From positions 642,208-706,207 of the forward strand of contig CM082594.2 of assembly GCA_040954595.2 (NCBI GenBank): DNA of 64,000 nt, in the 5' to 3' direction. Under the pieces are notes generated by a model. It did no database searches. It saw nothing but the letters and a program-made list of their open reading frames with translations, and had not been told where the DNA came from. The stretch comes from Balanoglossus misakiensis (lineage: Eukaryota > Animalia > Hemichordata). Positions 63,375 through 64,000 of this stretch are shown in pieces. Each line of letters opens with the position of its first letter. The stretch's first letter is position 1. The position numbers and the translations under genes are program-made.

Positions 63375-63922
63375 CTAAGTCTGTGCTTCCAGCAATGTGC
63401 ACAACTTATCATATGGTCTTTCTAAAACACTGGATCTGGTCTTCACCAATACTCGTCTCACCACCCCTTTCCGATCAGGCATAACTTTGACGATTACACC
63501 CAAAGGCCACGCATTTCTGGAGGTGTTCTCATCCTTTTCCAATACAAATCTGACAGATACTGCACTTGCTTCCATCTGTGTACAGCATACAAGTCGTTCT
63601 TCTCCGTCACACCAGGGGGTGTTGCTGCTCCCTTCATAGTAAGCAACATACTGGGTGTCAATGCTTTTAAGTCTCTAACGTCGTCCGACGATACTGTAAT
63701 CTCATGCGGTCCATCTGTACGACGACTTTTGTTCTTGGCACATCTCAACAATGTGTCACCCACTTTACGTATCCAGGCCACTGCTTTCTTCAGTTTATAC
63801 CAACTGGAGTAGTGGTCTATCATTTTCTGAACCGTCTCCTCCGCATTAACGGACATGGATCGATCCGCCCCTTTGTCAGGCGTCTGTCGTTCTCCCGAAA
63901 CAACAGGTACTGTTCCCAACAC
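63375..63922 (-). pseudogene. pol: BEL/Pao pol remnant (post-RNase H segment fused to integrase C-terminal DUF5641-like tail)
   Basis: HYSSWYKLKKAVAWI; DLKALTPSMLL...RWKQVQYLSDLYWKR; then, in another frame, DENTSRNAWPLGVIVKVMPDRKGVVRRVLVKT...LERPYDKLCTL. These motifs are typical of BEL/Pao; the integrase core is absent. Confidence 0.85.
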
Positions 63923-64000
63923 AACGGGTACAGTTCTTCAGGTACAGTTCTTCAGAAAAGCATCTATTTTCTGACCTCTAGAGCACTCATCTGCCGGGTT

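Larger units (their letters stand above)
62620..64000 (-). mobile_element. BEL/Pao LTR retrotransposon, 3' portion, internally deleted; continues beyond the window
   Basis: The satellite breaks at cgttaccag|TGTAG. LTR, PPT-like tract and BEL-type pol remnants lie on the minus strand. Confidence 0.85.

Overview
Eukaryotic (probably invertebrate animal) heterochromatin-like window with no host genes. The backbone is a tandem macrosatellite of about 22 units of ~2.05 kb. Each unit has three parts: an array of alternating 81-bp GC-rich monomers, a ~250-bp unique core with a poly-G/C tract and nested inverted repeats, and ~2.6 diverged copies of a ~330-bp AT-rich repeat. The array switches orientation at a 6-bp microhomology (TAGCCA, 26441-26446). 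Five transposon-derived segments interrupt or border it: (1) the probable 3' LTR of an LTR retrotransposon at the left edge; (2) a full-length, very young Gmr1-like Gypsy element (660-7148, integrase before RT, tRNA-Pro PBS, one in-frame stop in the protease); (3) a 5'-truncated L1/Tx1-clade LINE with an intact ORF2 (14834-19460, clear TSD); (4) a nested and tandem stack of non-autonomous Helentron/DINE-1-like elements (50780-56776); (5) an internally deleted BEL/Pao element at the right edge. The many short repeated ORFs are by-products of the repeats. All coordinates and comparisons were made by eye, without alignments or database searches.
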